Source of the DNA: Clostridiales bacterium
GTDB lineage: Bacteria; Bacillota; Clostridia; Oscillospirales; CAG-272
Assembly: GCA_012514145.1 (NCBI GenBank)
Contig: JAAZAV010000003.1
Location: 13,516-77,515, forward strand
Direction of reading: 5' to 3'
DNA length: 64,000 nt
The position numbers were made by a program, and so were the translations under genes. The notes beneath the pieces were generated by a model. The model ran no database searches, was not told the DNA's origin, and saw nothing but the letters and a program-made list of their open reading frames with translations. Shown here piece by piece: positions 9,410-19,049 of the stretch (its first letter is position 1; every line of letters starts with the position of its first letter).

Positions 9410-10750
9410 TTACGCTGTTTCGATACCGCACAGGGTCTCGCCGTCATGCCCGGCCGCTTTTGCCAATATAAGCTCTCCCCGCGGCACATCCCTGTCGGTC
9501 TTAACCCGCATGGGGGCGAAGAAGGGGGTATGACCCGTAACGATACCTTCATCGCAGCTCTCGCAGAGAATCTGAAGCGGCTGCTCCGGACGGACATATT
9601 CGTCAAGCACACCGCTCTTGACCTCTTTCATCAGAGCGGTAAGAGCATCGGCGCGTGAAGCGACGACATTCCCCGGCAGTCTGCCCGGCATGTCATACGC
9701 CTCTGTTCCCCGCCGCGCCGAGAACGGGAAGACGTGCACGTGCAGGAAGCGCACCTCCCGCACAAGCTCTAAAGTTTTCTCGAAATCTCTTTCGGTCTCG
9801 CCGGGAAAGCCGGCTATCATATCGGCGGTGAATCTGATGCCCGAAATTTTCTGCCGCAGATAGTCAATATTCTCAAGCATTCTCTCCCTTGTGTAGCCGC
9901 GCCGCATGGCGCGAAGCACCGAATCAGAGCCCGACTGCGCCGAAAGATGCAGGTGAGGCATGAGCTTTGGGATCGCCGCCATGTCGTCGGCAAAGCGTCT
10001 GCCGACAAACGACGGATCAAGGGAACCGAGCCGCAGCCGCTCAATGCCTTCGACTTCGGCGGTGCGCCCGATGAGGGGGATAAGCCCCGCGCCGTAGGCT
10101 GCCGTCTCAATGCCGGTGAGCACAACTTCCCGATATCCCGCGGCTGCCAGCGTTTTCACCTCGTCTATGATGTCGTCGTGGTCTCTAAGAACCACTCTGC
10201 CACGGGCGTTTTTTATGACGCAGTAGGCGCAGCGGCCGTTGCAGCCGTCCTCGATTTTCACATATGCCCTTGTGCGCGCGCCCTCGCTCTCGGGACCGCG
10301 GCGCAGGCTCATTCTTTCGTACGGGAGACTGTCGGGCGGGGTAACGGCTATCAAAGGGGATTCGGGACGCTGTCTTTTACCGTCAAGGTATGCTATTATT
10401 GCGTCCGCCGCCTCTAATTTATTGCGGGAGCCTGCCGCGAAATCGGCGCCGGTGTTCAGCGCCATTCCCTCGGGGGCCAGCTGGGAGGCGCAGCCCGCCA
10501 GGGCGATAAAGGCGCCGGGGCTGCTCTTCCGCGCGCGGCGTATCATCTGCCGGCACTTGCGCTCGCTTTCGGCGGTGACCGCGCAGGTGTTTATAAAGCA
10601 GGCGTCGCATCCCGAAAGCTCCTCGCTGAGGCTGTATCCGGCGGCGGCGATCCGCTCGGCGACTGCCCGGCTCTCGTAGAGATTCACCCGGCAGCCAAGG
10701 GTGTATATACCCACTTTCGCGGGTCTTTTCCTGTCGTTCATGGCGCCCAT
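9410..10750 (-). CDS. mtaB: MiaB-family radical SAM methylthiotransferase, MtaB-like (tRNA ms2t6A)
   Basis: N-terminal VGIYTLGCRVNLYES (UPF0004 domain), radical SAM CNGRCAYC, C-terminal TRAM-like region. Start is uncertain: ATGs at 10750 and 10741 have no clear SD, and the longest ORF reaches 10837 via TTG. Confidence 0.8.
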   Translation of the reverse strand: MGAMNDRKRPAKVGIYTLGCRVNLYESRAVAERIAAAGYSLSEELSGCDACFINTCAVTAESERKCRQMIRRARKSSPGAFIALAGCASQLAPEGMALNTGADFAAGSRNKLEAADAIIAYLDGKRQRPESPLIAVTPPDSLPYERMSLRRGPESEGARTRAYVKIEDGCNGRCAYCVIKNARGRVVLRDHDDIIDEVKTLAAAGYREVVLTGIETAAYGAGLIPLIGRTAEVEGIERLRLGSLDPSFVGRRFADDMAAIPKLMPHLHLSAQSGSDSVLRAMRRGYTRERMLENIDYLRQKISGIRFTADMIAGFPGETERDFEKTLELVREVRFLHVHVFPFSARRGTEAYDMPGRLPGNVVASRADALTALMKEVKSGVLDEYVRPEQPLQILCESCDEGIVTGHTPFFAPMRVKTDRDVPRGELILAKAAGHDGETLCGIETA

Positions 10751-10845
10751 TATAGCACACCGTGTTCGATAAATCAAGGTTTTCGGCATGGTCTGACATC
10801 CAAATCGCGGCGCCGTTCGCCCCTTGTTTTTATGCAAAAATCAAC

Positions 10846-12123
10846 TCATTCGGCGATGACGCAGGAGATGCCCTCGGGGATTACCGTTATGTCCCCCGGT
10901 CTGCCCAATATCGAATCGGCAGCCGCAAGAGCTTCCTCTATCGAGTGCGCCGGCGTCATGCCGAAGGCGCGTATCATCTCGTCGGGGGCGGAGGAGATCA
11001 TGACCACGCTGTGACGCGACATAATCCGCGCCAGAACCTGCGCCTCCCACTGATCCGCAACAGTTTCGCTCTGGGGCACCGCTTCGATGCGGCGCAGAAT
11101 CCCGGCAGGCGAATCGCCCCCGGCAAAGGTGTCGAAGAAGCTCTGACCGCCGTGACCGTCGGCGCACTCGGCGCACATTATTATAACGCCTCCTTCGCGG
11201 CAGGTCGACTCACCCGCCGTCATGCCCTTCACCGCCTGATAGACATTCTGATCCAGCGGCGCGCCGTTGTTGGTGGTAAAGACGATGTCCGCCGGCAGGG
11301 GCTTTGAACGGCAGAGACCCTCTAAAAAGCTCACTCCCGCGGCGTGCGCAGCGAAGGCGTCGCCGGCGAAGGCTCCTATAACCTCGTGGCGTGAGTTGAT
11401 AACAGCGTTGACGATGAATTTCAGACCCGCCTTTTCGGCGGCGTAAACCATGTCGCGGTGTATGGGATTTCCATCCAAAATGCCCGCCCGGGAATTCGGG
11501 TCGGCGATGAACTTCGAACAGTGGTTGGCGTATACCGTCTTTTTTGATGCTATGCCCGGAAGTACGCTCTTGCGCCCGCCCGAGTAGCCGGCGAAAAAGT
11601 GGGGCTCGATAAAGCCCTCAGCCACCAGCAGATCCGCCTCGGCGGCTGTGCGGTTAATTATAAGCTCGCCTCCCGAGGGGAGAGTGCCCAGCTTCACCAT
11701 CATGCTCTCGTCGGCGCAGTCGTGGATGACTATCCGCTCTTTTTCGAATATTTCGTCTCCCAGCTTCGCCCGCAGTTCGTTATCCGATGTGGGGCGGTGG
11801 CAGCCGGTGGCGACCAGAAGTATTATCTCGGCGTCGGGGGAGCCTTTCCTCAGTTCCTCAAGCATCGGGGGCAGTATGGCTTTCGACGGCACCGGACGGG
11901 TGTGGTCGCTTATTATGACGGTTATTTTCTTCTTCCCCGCCGCCAGTTCATACAGACGGGGGGAGCCGGCGGGGTTTTCCATAGCCCGGCGGACAATGTC
12001 GATCCCCGGCATATCCGGCTTCACCTCGTCGATGCGCCCTCTGATGAAGCCGTTCAGACGCTTCTTCGGCAGACCGCCGGTTATATGCCCCTTCCCGTAG
12101 GGCAGCGATATATTTATCTTCAT
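10846..12123 (-). CDS. LarA-family (nickel-pincer cofactor dependent lactate racemase-like, DUF2088) protein
   Basis: MKINISLPYGKG..., ISDHTRPVP and a G-rich C-terminal domain are typical of LarA homologues. SD AGGAGA lies 7 nt upstream of the ATG at 12123. Confidence 0.7.
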   Translation of the reverse strand: MKINISLPYGKGHITGGLPKKRLNGFIRGRIDEVKPDMPGIDIVRRAMENPAGSPRLYELAAGKKKITVIISDHTRPVPSKAILPPMLEELRKGSPDAEIILLVATGCHRPTSDNELRAKLGDEIFEKERIVIHDCADESMMVKLGTLPSGGELIINRTAAEADLLVAEGFIEPHFFAGYSGGRKSVLPGIASKKTVYANHCSKFIADPNSRAGILDGNPIHRDMVYAAEKAGLKFIVNAVINSRHEVIGAFAGDAFAAHAAGVSFLEGLCRSKPLPADIVFTTNNGAPLDQNVYQAVKGMTAGESTCREGGVIIMCAECADGHGGQSFFDTFAGGDSPAGILRRIEAVPQSETVADQWEAQVLARIMSRHSVVMISSAPDEMIRAFGMTPAHSIEEALAAADSILGRPGDITVIPEGISCVIAE

Positions 12124-12203
12124 GTGACCGTTCTCCTGACCGCTATCCGTTTTAATTGTCGACAGCATTATATCACACATCGGGAACGCCCGTCAATAAG
12201 CGG

Positions 12204-12239
12204 CAAAAAAAGCGCGCTCCGCCGGTTGCGGAACGCGCG
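12204..12239 (-). terminator. Rho-independent terminator of the rpsF-ssb-rpsR operon
   Basis: Minus strand: gcgcgttccgcaaccggcggagcgcgc followed by tttttttt, 9 nt after the rpsR stop. Confidence 0.75.
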
Positions 12240-12247
12240 ATTATTCA

Positions 12248-12580
12248 TCAGTCGGAGATATAGGGGAGCAGTGCGACCTGACGGGCACGCTTTATGGCTA
12301 TGGTAAGCTGACGCTGATGCTTGGCGCAGCAGCCGGTGATTCTTCTTGGAAGAATCTTGGCGCGCTCGCTGATACACTTGCGGAGCCTTACCGTGTCCTT
12401 GTAATCGATGTCCTCTATCTTGTCGACGCAGAACTGGCAGACCTTTCTTCTTCTGCGGTTCATGCCGGGTCTGTAGGGACGGCTCTGAGTGCGACCGGCC
12501 GAGGCGGCATTCTCTGTCGAGGCCGACTCCTCGTTATCCTGCTCGTCCGCCTTAACTTCTCTCTCTCTGTCTTTATTCAT
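12248..12580 (-). CDS. rpsR: 30S ribosomal protein S18 (with a possible ~39-aa acidic N-terminal extension)
   Basis: [10 protein letters not shown]...DYKD...L..FISERGKI-like core. SD AGGAGG is 12 nt upstream of the ATG at 12580. An internal ATG at 12463 would give a canonical-length S18 but has no SD. Confidence 0.9.
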   Translation of the reverse strand: MNKDREREVKADEQDNEESASTENAASAGRTQSRPYRPGMNRRRRKVCQFCVDKIEDIDYKDTVRLRKCISERAKILPRRITGCCAKHQRQLTIAIKRARQVALLPYISD

Positions 12581-12624
12581 TTACTTTAATTACCTCCTGT
12601 TAAAATGGGGTTCCGACTCTCTCG

Positions 12625-13161
12625 TCAGAAGGGAAGACCCGTATCTTCTTCCACCGTTTCGAATTGCGCCGGGGGTGCCGACTGACTCGGCGCATAGCTG
12701 TCCGGGGTGTATCCGGAAGTCTGACCGGCTGCCGCCGGCGACTGGTAGGCTGTGCCTCCGAAGGAGGAACCGCCGTAGTTCTGCTGCGACTGCCTCTGGC
12801 TCTCAGCAAGGGAATCAACAAACTGTATCTCGTCGGCGACTATTTCGGTGGAATAGCGCTTCACACCCTGCTGGTCGGTCCAGTTGTTGTTCTGAACAGA
12901 CCCGACCACGAAGATCGAGCTGCCCTTCCTGAAATAGCGCGCTACAAACTCGGCTGTCTGCCGCCATGCGACCACATTGAAAAAGTCGGCGTCCGACTTC
13001 TGCGGCGCGTTGGGATCGGCGTTCTGATCCTGGCGCTGGAATCTGCGATTTACGGCTATCGAAAATCTTACATTCGAGATTCCGCTCTGCGTCTGACGCA
13101 GTTCGGGATCGGCGGTAAGTCTTCCTCCGAGCATGACTTTGTTGAAGTTGAAGTTGGCCAT
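12625..13161 (-). CDS. ssb: Single-stranded DNA-binding protein
   Basis: MANFNFNKVMLGGRLTADPELRQT OB-fold N-terminus, G/Q/S-rich linker, acidic C-terminal tip ending LPF. Confidence 0.95.
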   Translation of the reverse strand: MANFNFNKVMLGGRLTADPELRQTQSGISNVRFSIAVNRRFQRQDQNADPNAPQKSDADFFNVVAWRQTAEFVARYFRKGSSIFVVGSVQNNNWTDQQGVKRYSTEIVADEIQFVDSLAESQRQSQQNYGGSSFGGTAYQSPAAAGQTSGYTPDSYAPSQSAPPAQFETVEEDTGLPF

Positions 13162-13179
13162 CTCGCCGCTCCTTTCTTT

Positions 13180-13216
13180 ATGCTTATGCTTATGCTTATG
13201 CTTATGCTTGATGCTT
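13180..13216. repeat. Hexanucleotide microsatellite (ATGCTT)5 plus one extra copy after a 1-nt interruption
   Basis: Five perfect tandem copies at 13180-13209, then G, then ATGCTT at 13211-13216. On the coding (minus) strand this is (AAGCAT)n, immediately 5' of the ssb SD. Confidence 0.95.
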
Positions 13217-13303
13217 GGGTTTGTGTCGAATCGTCAGTTATGCCGATATATGTCGGGATACCCGTATCACGGGCATTCCGATATTACGGGCATCGGGCGC
13301 CCT

Positions 13304-13642
13304 TTATTGCGCTTCCTGCTGATTCGGCTGCTTACGCTTCAGATGGTGGGGCTCCTTCACTACGGTCATCGAGCGCATGATACCCTCGGTGATGTTGAAG
13401 ACACGGTCAAGCTCTTCCGGGAAGTCGGAGGGAGCCTTGTAGTTTGCGAGGACATAGTAGCCCTCCCAAAGGTCGTTGATGGGGTATGCAAGTCTGCGCT
13501 TGCCCCACTCGTCCCAGGATGTGATCTCGCCGTGCTCGGCTATGAGGGTCTTGAACCTCTCAACCAGCGCCGCGCATTCATCCTCTCCGTCAGCCAGGTT
13601 GACGATGAAGATGGTCTCGTAAAGTGCGTTGTGCTTCTCCAT
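13304..13642 (-). CDS. rpsF: 30S ribosomal protein S6
   Basis: MEKHNALYETIFIVN...WGKRRLAYPI signature; SD AAGGAGG upstream. Confidence 0.95.
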   Translation of the reverse strand: MEKHNALYETIFIVNLADGEDECAALVERFKTLIAEHGEITSWDEWGKRRLAYPINDLWEGYYVLANYKAPSDFPEELDRVFNITEGIMRSMTVVKEPHHLKRKQPNQQEAQ

Positions 13643-13742
13643 TTATTTGCACCTCCTTATGGTCATTCAGGCTGCGGACACTGTTAATATTATCGCCCGC
13701 AGCAAGGAGAAACCTTTACGTTGAGGAATTCTCAACCTGTAT

Positions 13743-13771
13743 ATTATAAGCGTTATCAGAAATTTTGTCAA
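13743..13771 (-). promoter_or_regulatory. Consensus sigma-A promoter TTGACA-17-TATAAT for rpsF-ssb-rpsR
   Basis: -35 at 13766-13771 and -10 at 13743-13748 (minus strand), both perfect hexamers with a 17-nt spacer. This leaves a ~95-nt structured leader. Confidence 0.75.
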
Positions 13772-13903
13772 GTAACGGGCGGAAAGCCGATATGTAAAAT
13801 AACCGTGAACGCCCCACATGTTTCTGCCTGCTTCCGCCCTGTATCGCGGCGGGCGGCGCGGTTCGTGAAACGGGATTTGTAACGGCGAATTAACAAAAAA
13901 TTG

Positions 13904-13932
13904 TTGCGTTCCGACTCACACTATGTTAAAAT
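13904..13932 (+). promoter_or_regulatory. Sigma-A-like promoter TTGCGT-17-TAAAAT with TGT extended -10
   Basis: 30 nt upstream of the 13962 start; shares the tgttaaaat element with the promoter at 2650-2678. Confidence 0.45.
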
Positions 13933-13961
13933 GACAATATCACACCACAGGGGGTTAAATT

Positions 13962-15443
13962 ATGATATTTAAACGAATCACAGCGCTGCTGCTGGCGTCC
14001 GTCCTGCTTTGCGGCGCACTTGCGGCATGTTCGGGAGGCGGCGGAGAGACCTCGCCGGACGGTTCCGACACAACCGCGGCTGAGACAACACCCGAGGAGA
14101 CTACTCTCTTTATGCCCGACGACCTGCCTGCCGACCTTGACTTCAAAGGCGCAAAGGTCAATGTTTTCTGGTGGGAGGAGAACCGTGAGTTCTGCGATGA
14201 GCAGGACGGCGATATCGTAAACGACGCGCTCTACTTCCGTGACATGAACGTCGAGGATCGTATCAATGTGAAGATTCAGAACAATCCCATGTCCTACACC
14301 TGGGCGACCCGAAATGTCTATCTTGACACCATCCGTTCGGCGGTTCTTGCCGGCGACGGCACCCAGGACATAGCCTCCTGCCAGTACGCCACTCTGCCGG
14401 CGCTGGTGCCCGACGGCAACTTCCTCGACATCGCCAAACTGCCCTATGTGGACCTTGACAAGCCCTGGTATGTGCAGGGACTTATCGAGGAGACCACCAT
14501 TGACGGACGGCTCTATCTCGTGGGCGGCGCCTACTCCAAGATATCCATCTCCGGCGCCTACGGCATCTACTTCAACAAGATGCTGCATGAGAACTACAAG
14601 CTTGAAAACCTGTACGACCTGGTTGACAGCGGAAGCTGGGTCATCGCCAAGATGCAGGAAATGACAAAGGGCGTATATTCCGACATTAACGGCGACGGCA
14701 CTGCCGGCAATGAGGATCAGTACGGTTTCGCAATCTTCGCGGGCAACGCAATTACGCCTTTCATCCAGGCTTTCCGGCTGGGCATAACCACCAACAACAA
14801 AGAGGGTTACCCCGAGCTGACCATGAACACACCCAAGTGGGTAGAAGCGGTCGACCTGATGCACGCCTATATCCACACTTCGGGCGACTGCGTAATGGGC
14901 AACGACAATATCGCAGGCGAGATCAGCGCCATATTCGTGGACGACCGCGCCCTGTTCATATCCCATTCCATAGGCGCCGCCTCCTCCACCTTCGGCGAGA
15001 TGGAGACCGACTTCGGCATAATTCCGCTGCTCAAGTGGGATGAGGCGCAGGAGGGTTACAACACCGCCATCGGCGAGGGCAACACCCTCTTCGGCATAGT
15101 CACCTCCACTTCCAACGCCGAGTGCACCGCCGCCGTCATGGAGGCATGCTTCTCCGAGAGCTACCGCACCGTGGCTCCCGCCCTCTTTGAGGTGGCGATG
15201 AAGGTGAAGTATTCCCGCGACAACGAGACGGCTCAGATGTTCGACATAATCCGCGAGGGCATCCTCTTCAACTTCGGCTCCATATACGGCTTCGGCCTAA
15301 AGGAGATCAACACCCGCTGGAAGGCCTATCTCGCCAACAAATCCGGCTCGGGCTGGGCTTCATTCATCGCTCAGATCGAGGAGCCTGCCACCGCGGCTAT
15401 CAACGATTATATCGAGGCCGTCAGGAACCTGCCGGAACGGTAA
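13962..15443 (+). CDS. Extracellular solute-binding lipoprotein (ABC transporter family-1 SBP, large LplA-like type)
   Basis: Lipobox LAAC at the signal peptide end plus an S/G/T/E-rich linker. Paralogous to 21822-23255 (shared METDFGI[IL]P block). Confidence 0.75.
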   Translation: MIFKRITALLLASVLLCGALAACSGGGGETSPDGSDTTAAETTPEETTLFMPDDLPADLDFKGAKVNVFWWEENREFCDEQDGDIVNDALYFRDMNVEDRINVKIQNNPMSYTWATRNVYLDTIRSAVLAGDGTQDIASCQYATLPALVPDGNFLDIAKLPYVDLDKPWYVQGLIEETTIDGRLYLVGGAYSKISISGAYGIYFNKMLHENYKLENLYDLVDSGSWVIAKMQEMTKGVYSDINGDGTAGNEDQYGFAIFAGNAITPFIQAFRLGITTNNKEGYPELTMNTPKWVEAVDLMHAYIHTSGDCVMGNDNIAGEISAIFVDDRALFISHSIGAASSTFGEMETDFGIIPLLKWDEAQEGYNTAIGEGNTLFGIVTSTSNAECTAAVMEACFSESYRTVAPALFEVAMKVKYSRDNETAQMFDIIREGILFNFGSIYGFGLKEINTRWKAYLANKSGSGWASFIAQIEEPATAAINDYIEAVRNLPER

Positions 15444-15468
15444 GATACAAGTATGCATAAATAACTCC

Positions 15469-15493
15469 GGGGCTGACCGAAAACGGTCAGCCC
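15469..15493. terminator. Hairpin terminator between convergent genes (11-bp perfect GC-rich stem)
   Basis: ggggctgaccg-aaa-cggtcagcccc, followed by attta on the plus strand and preceded by ataa. Confidence 0.65.
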
Positions 15494-15511
15494 CATTTAT
15501 ATTGATTCGGT

Positions 15512-17515
15512 TCACACCGAGAATTCCGGCAGTCTGTCGCACAGGTGCATGGCATCGTAGAGGGGCAGATCCTGGTCATTAGCCCAGCTGTCGAAGAATT
15601 CGCCCTTTATGCCGTTGACCGTGTGGGGATATACATGCGCCGCATAGCCGTGACCGTCGTCGTCCACAAGGCAGAGGCAGTTCCGGATATTCTCGCCGGC
15701 GCGGCGCAGGTATGAAGCGTCGCCGCTCAGCTCCGAAAAGGCGGCAAACGCCCGGGCGCTGAGACAGCTGAGGTGATGGGGCAGCGTGTCGCCGAAGCAG
15801 CGTTCGCCGCCGAACCAGAAGTCGTCCCAGTAGCGGATAGCGATTTCGTTCAGATAGCAGCTTGGCTGACAGCCCGAGAAGCGGTCGAGACATTCGAGGT
15901 GCATCTTGGCGTTCCGCAGATATTCCTCCCTCTCGGCTCCCCGGCGGAACACTCCCAGCTCGGAGATGCAGGTGACGGCGGGAGTTACGATGGTCTGTTC
16001 GTAGTTCACCTCGTGCTTGGGGTAGGAGGTGCCGTTTTTCAGCATATTCCCCACATGCAGCCCGAAGAAGTCAAGCATCCGCCGGGCGTCATCCTCCCGC
16101 TCCTCCCCCGCAAGCGAGAAGGCGTACATCACCTTGCGCACCGCCACCGCGTTGGAGTAGCATTTTTCGCCGCCGATGCTGTAATATTTCTCCGCCAGCC
16201 GCAGTATGTTGTCGAGATAGCGCTCCTCCCGGGTCAGGCGGTAGAGTTCGGCAAAGACCAGCATAACCCCCGGCGCGTTGTAGAGCCGCAGGGCGTCCCG
16301 GCTCTTGCCGATGTTGTTGAACACCTCGCCGGTGCTTTCCTCGTAGAACTCACGAAAGAGGAACTTCACAAAGAGATCGAGCGACGCCCGCAGATATTCG
16401 TCCTCCCGAAGCTGCAGATAGCGTATCATGGTGAGCGCCATGTTCAGCCGCTCCCGGCAGGCGTTGTGGTCTGTGTTGAAGAAGTCGAAATATTGACTTT
16501 CGGTTTCGTTATCATATACCAGATAGGCGCCGTAAAGCGGGCTGTCGGGGTCAAGGCACTGCTGGCGCCCGGCGATGAAACAGAGCCGCCGCCGCACCAG
16601 TTCGGCAAAGGGCGGTTTCACATTGAATTCGGCGAAAGTCGATATCTCTCCGCACGCTATGTCGAAGCGGTGATATCCCCGCCGCCGGGGCGTATATTCC
16701 ACATGTCCGTCCGAAACGGCAAGCTCTTCGCCGTCTAGGAATACTCTCGCTTCACCGCCGTTGTGGGAAGTGACTTTGAATCTTATCGCTTCTCCCTCGA
16801 ATACCGTGTAATGTTCCGCTTCGATGCCTATATAGCTGTCATAACCGGCAAGGCGGGTGAAGAAATCGCTCTTGCCGGCGTGGGGGAACAGCTCCCACTC
16901 AAGGACATACTCCTCACCGCTCTTGAGAATCCGGCTCTCCGGCTCGAATCCTAAACAGCCCCGCACATTGCTGCGGCAGCCGTACTGGCTGTATGAGACA
17001 AACGCTCCCTCGGTCAGCACCATGCCGAGATTCAGCTCGGATGCGCCCATTCTGAGGGCGTTCACATAGCTCACATTCCCGCCGCACCGGATGTGTGTAT
17101 TGCAGCGATTTGTCATGCAGTCATCGGCATAGGTGTAGCGGTCGTTAAAGGGGAAGGCAAGCGAGAAATTATCGCGGCAGACGGTATAGGGCATGTGGGC
17201 TATGTTCTTTATCGCTGCCCTCTCCCGCAGATTGCCCGCCCCGGTAAAGCGGCGGGAAACCGTTACCCTCAGCCGCTTGTTTTCATATACCGCCTCCGCG
17301 AAATTATCGTCCTCGCTGAATGATAACAGCACCGGCTCGGAATCGTTCTTACGGTGAAACTCCGAATGGGTGCGGGTGGAGGTGTCTATCCCGCCCCACT
17401 CATAGCCGTCGTCGCAGCACACCCAGTTCATTTTGCAGCTGTCGCCCGCAAGGACGACGGAGGTTATACAGCCGGTCTCGGGATTATGCGTTATCTCAAA
17501 CAGTCTGCTTTTCAT
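15512..17515 (-). CDS. Hypothetical protein; C-terminal half looks like an alpha/alpha-barrel (six-hairpin glycosidase-like) fold, function unknown
   Basis: ATG at 17515 with SD AGGTGA. No signal peptide. I could not identify a catalytic motif; the fold assignment is an impression from the helical repeat pattern only. Confidence 0.35.
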   Translation of the reverse strand: MKSRLFEITHNPETGCITSVVLAGDSCKMNWVCCDDGYEWGGIDTSTRTHSEFHRKNDSEPVLLSFSEDDNFAEAVYENKRLRVTVSRRFTGAGNLRERAAIKNIAHMPYTVCRDNFSLAFPFNDRYTYADDCMTNRCNTHIRCGGNVSYVNALRMGASELNLGMVLTEGAFVSYSQYGCRSNVRGCLGFEPESRILKSGEEYVLEWELFPHAGKSDFFTRLAGYDSYIGIEAEHYTVFEGEAIRFKVTSHNGGEARVFLDGEELAVSDGHVEYTPRRRGYHRFDIACGEISTFAEFNVKPPFAELVRRRLCFIAGRQQCLDPDSPLYGAYLVYDNETESQYFDFFNTDHNACRERLNMALTMIRYLQLREDEYLRASLDLFVKFLFREFYEESTGEVFNNIGKSRDALRLYNAPGVMLVFAELYRLTREERYLDNILRLAEKYYSIGGEKCYSNAVAVRKVMYAFSLAGEEREDDARRMLDFFGLHVGNMLKNGTSYPKHEVNYEQTIVTPAVTCISELGVFRRGAEREEYLRNAKMHLECLDRFSGCQPSCYLNEIAIRYWDDFWFGGERCFGDTLPHHLSCLSARAFAAFSELSGDASYLRRAGENIRNCLCLVDDDGHGYAAHVYPHTVNGIKGEFFDSWANDQDLPLYDAMHLCDRLPEFSV

Positions 17516-17524
17516 TATATTCAC

Positions 17525-18859
17525 CTATGCATTTGAAGCGGCATGGCTTCTTGTAAGTCTGTTGAATTCGAATATATAGGCGCCGGTGAGGAATACCGCC
17601 AGTATCAGCCAGATAATCGCGTCGGTCAGCGGCACCGCGGCAAACCCGAGTAAAGGCGTCAGTGTCAGCGGCACTATGTAGCGCACCGCCACCTCGATAA
17701 AGCCCGAAATCGTTGGGAAGAGCGGCCTGCCCAGCGCCGCCAGCACAGGTTTGAACACCGCCGCCAGCGTGAGAATGAACATTGCGGTGCAGCGCACCCT
17801 GAGATACAGCACTCCCGCGTCCACCGCCACACTGCCGCCGTCGATCATAAGCGACATAAGGGGGCGGGCGGCAAAGAGCATCACCGTAAAGAGAACGGCG
17901 TTGATTGCCGTAATGAGCAGCAGCACCTTGCGGACGCCCTCTTTTATCCGGTCGAGCCGTCCCGCGCCCAGATTCTGGGAGACGAACACAGAGGCGGCTG
18001 TGGCAAATCCGAATATGGGCGTTGTGATGATATAGCCGGTCTTTGACGCGGTGGAGTACGCCGCCACATAGTCGGTGCCTATCCTGTTGGTGACGAACCC
18101 GAGGATTATGACGCCGAACATAACGACGAAATTCGTGGTCGCCATGGGTATGCCGATGCGCAGGCACTCGCCCAGTACCTCACGGTCGGGTTTCATGTCT
18201 CCCGGCAGAATCCTGAATTCGGGCACCTTCTTTTTTATATAGAGGGCGCACATCAGCGCCGCCCCCGCCTGCGAGATAATTGTCGACAGCGCCGCGCCCA
18301 CAATGCCCAGATCGAAGACAAAGAGCAGAACCAGCAGAAGAAGGAAATGCACCGCCGAGGAAATAATCAGGAATATCAGCGGCGTCCGGCTGTTGCCGAT
18401 GGCGCGCAGCATCTCGCAGAGGAAATTGTAGAACACCGTCGTCCACATGCCCATAAAAATAATGGTGAGGTAGACTGTCGCGCCGTCGATGATGTCGGCG
18501 GGGGTCTTCATAAGGCTCAGCATGCCTCTCGCAAGCAGCGCCCCGAACAGCGACACGAAAAGCCCCGCTCCCGCCGATATGATGAGCGAGTTGGCAAAAA
18601 CCTTCCGCAGTCCGGCGTGGTCGCCGCTGCCGCAGCGCCGCCCCGCGATTATCGAGAAACCCGACATAAGACCGATTATCGTGTCGGTAAACAGCCCTAT
18701 TATCGAGCCGGTGGCTCCCACCGCCGCCAGCGCGTTCATGTCCAGCGCCTGACCGGCAATTACCGAGTCCACCAGGTTATTGAGGTTCTGCAGCACTCTG
18801 CCCAATATGCAGGGCGCCGCGAATATGCAGATTTTCTTTAAAATGCTTCCGCTTGTCAT
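17525..18859 (-). CDS. MATE family efflux transporter
   Basis: MTSGSILKKICIFAAPCILGRVLQNLNNLVDSVIAGQ is a typical MatE N-terminus, and about 12 hydrophobic segments follow. The ATG at 18859 was chosen over the longer ORF. Confidence 0.85.
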   Translation of the reverse strand: MTSGSILKKICIFAAPCILGRVLQNLNNLVDSVIAGQALDMNALAAVGATGSIIGLFTDTIIGLMSGFSIIAGRRCGSGDHAGLRKVFANSLIISAGAGLFVSLFGALLARGMLSLMKTPADIIDGATVYLTIIFMGMWTTVFYNFLCEMLRAIGNSRTPLIFLIISSAVHFLLLLVLLFVFDLGIVGAALSTIISQAGAALMCALYIKKKVPEFRILPGDMKPDREVLGECLRIGIPMATTNFVVMFGVIILGFVTNRIGTDYVAAYSTASKTGYIITTPIFGFATAASVFVSQNLGAGRLDRIKEGVRKVLLLITAINAVLFTVMLFAARPLMSLMIDGGSVAVDAGVLYLRVRCTAMFILTLAAVFKPVLAALGRPLFPTISGFIEVAVRYIVPLTLTPLLGFAAVPLTDAIIWLILAVFLTGAYIFEFNRLTRSHAASNA

Positions 18860-19049
18860 ACGCCGATGCCTCTGATGAATGATTATACCGTACCGGAAAA
18901 ACATAATGCAGATATATGTGCCATTATACAACAGCGGGCGGGGGATTGCAAGTGCCGACGCGGCATAATGTCATAATCGGAAAGTCGGTGTTGAAAGCGG
19001 GCTGCCGATGTGGTATTATATTCATAAGAACGGACAAGGAGAATACACA

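Noticed and set aside
13643-13742. The rpsF 5' leader as the S6:S18-binding autoregulatory motif.
   Set aside because: Hairpins exist (gttgag-aatt-ctcaac; ctgcgg...ccgcag), but I cannot verify the conserved motif by eye. It is plausible but unsupported without a covariance-model search.
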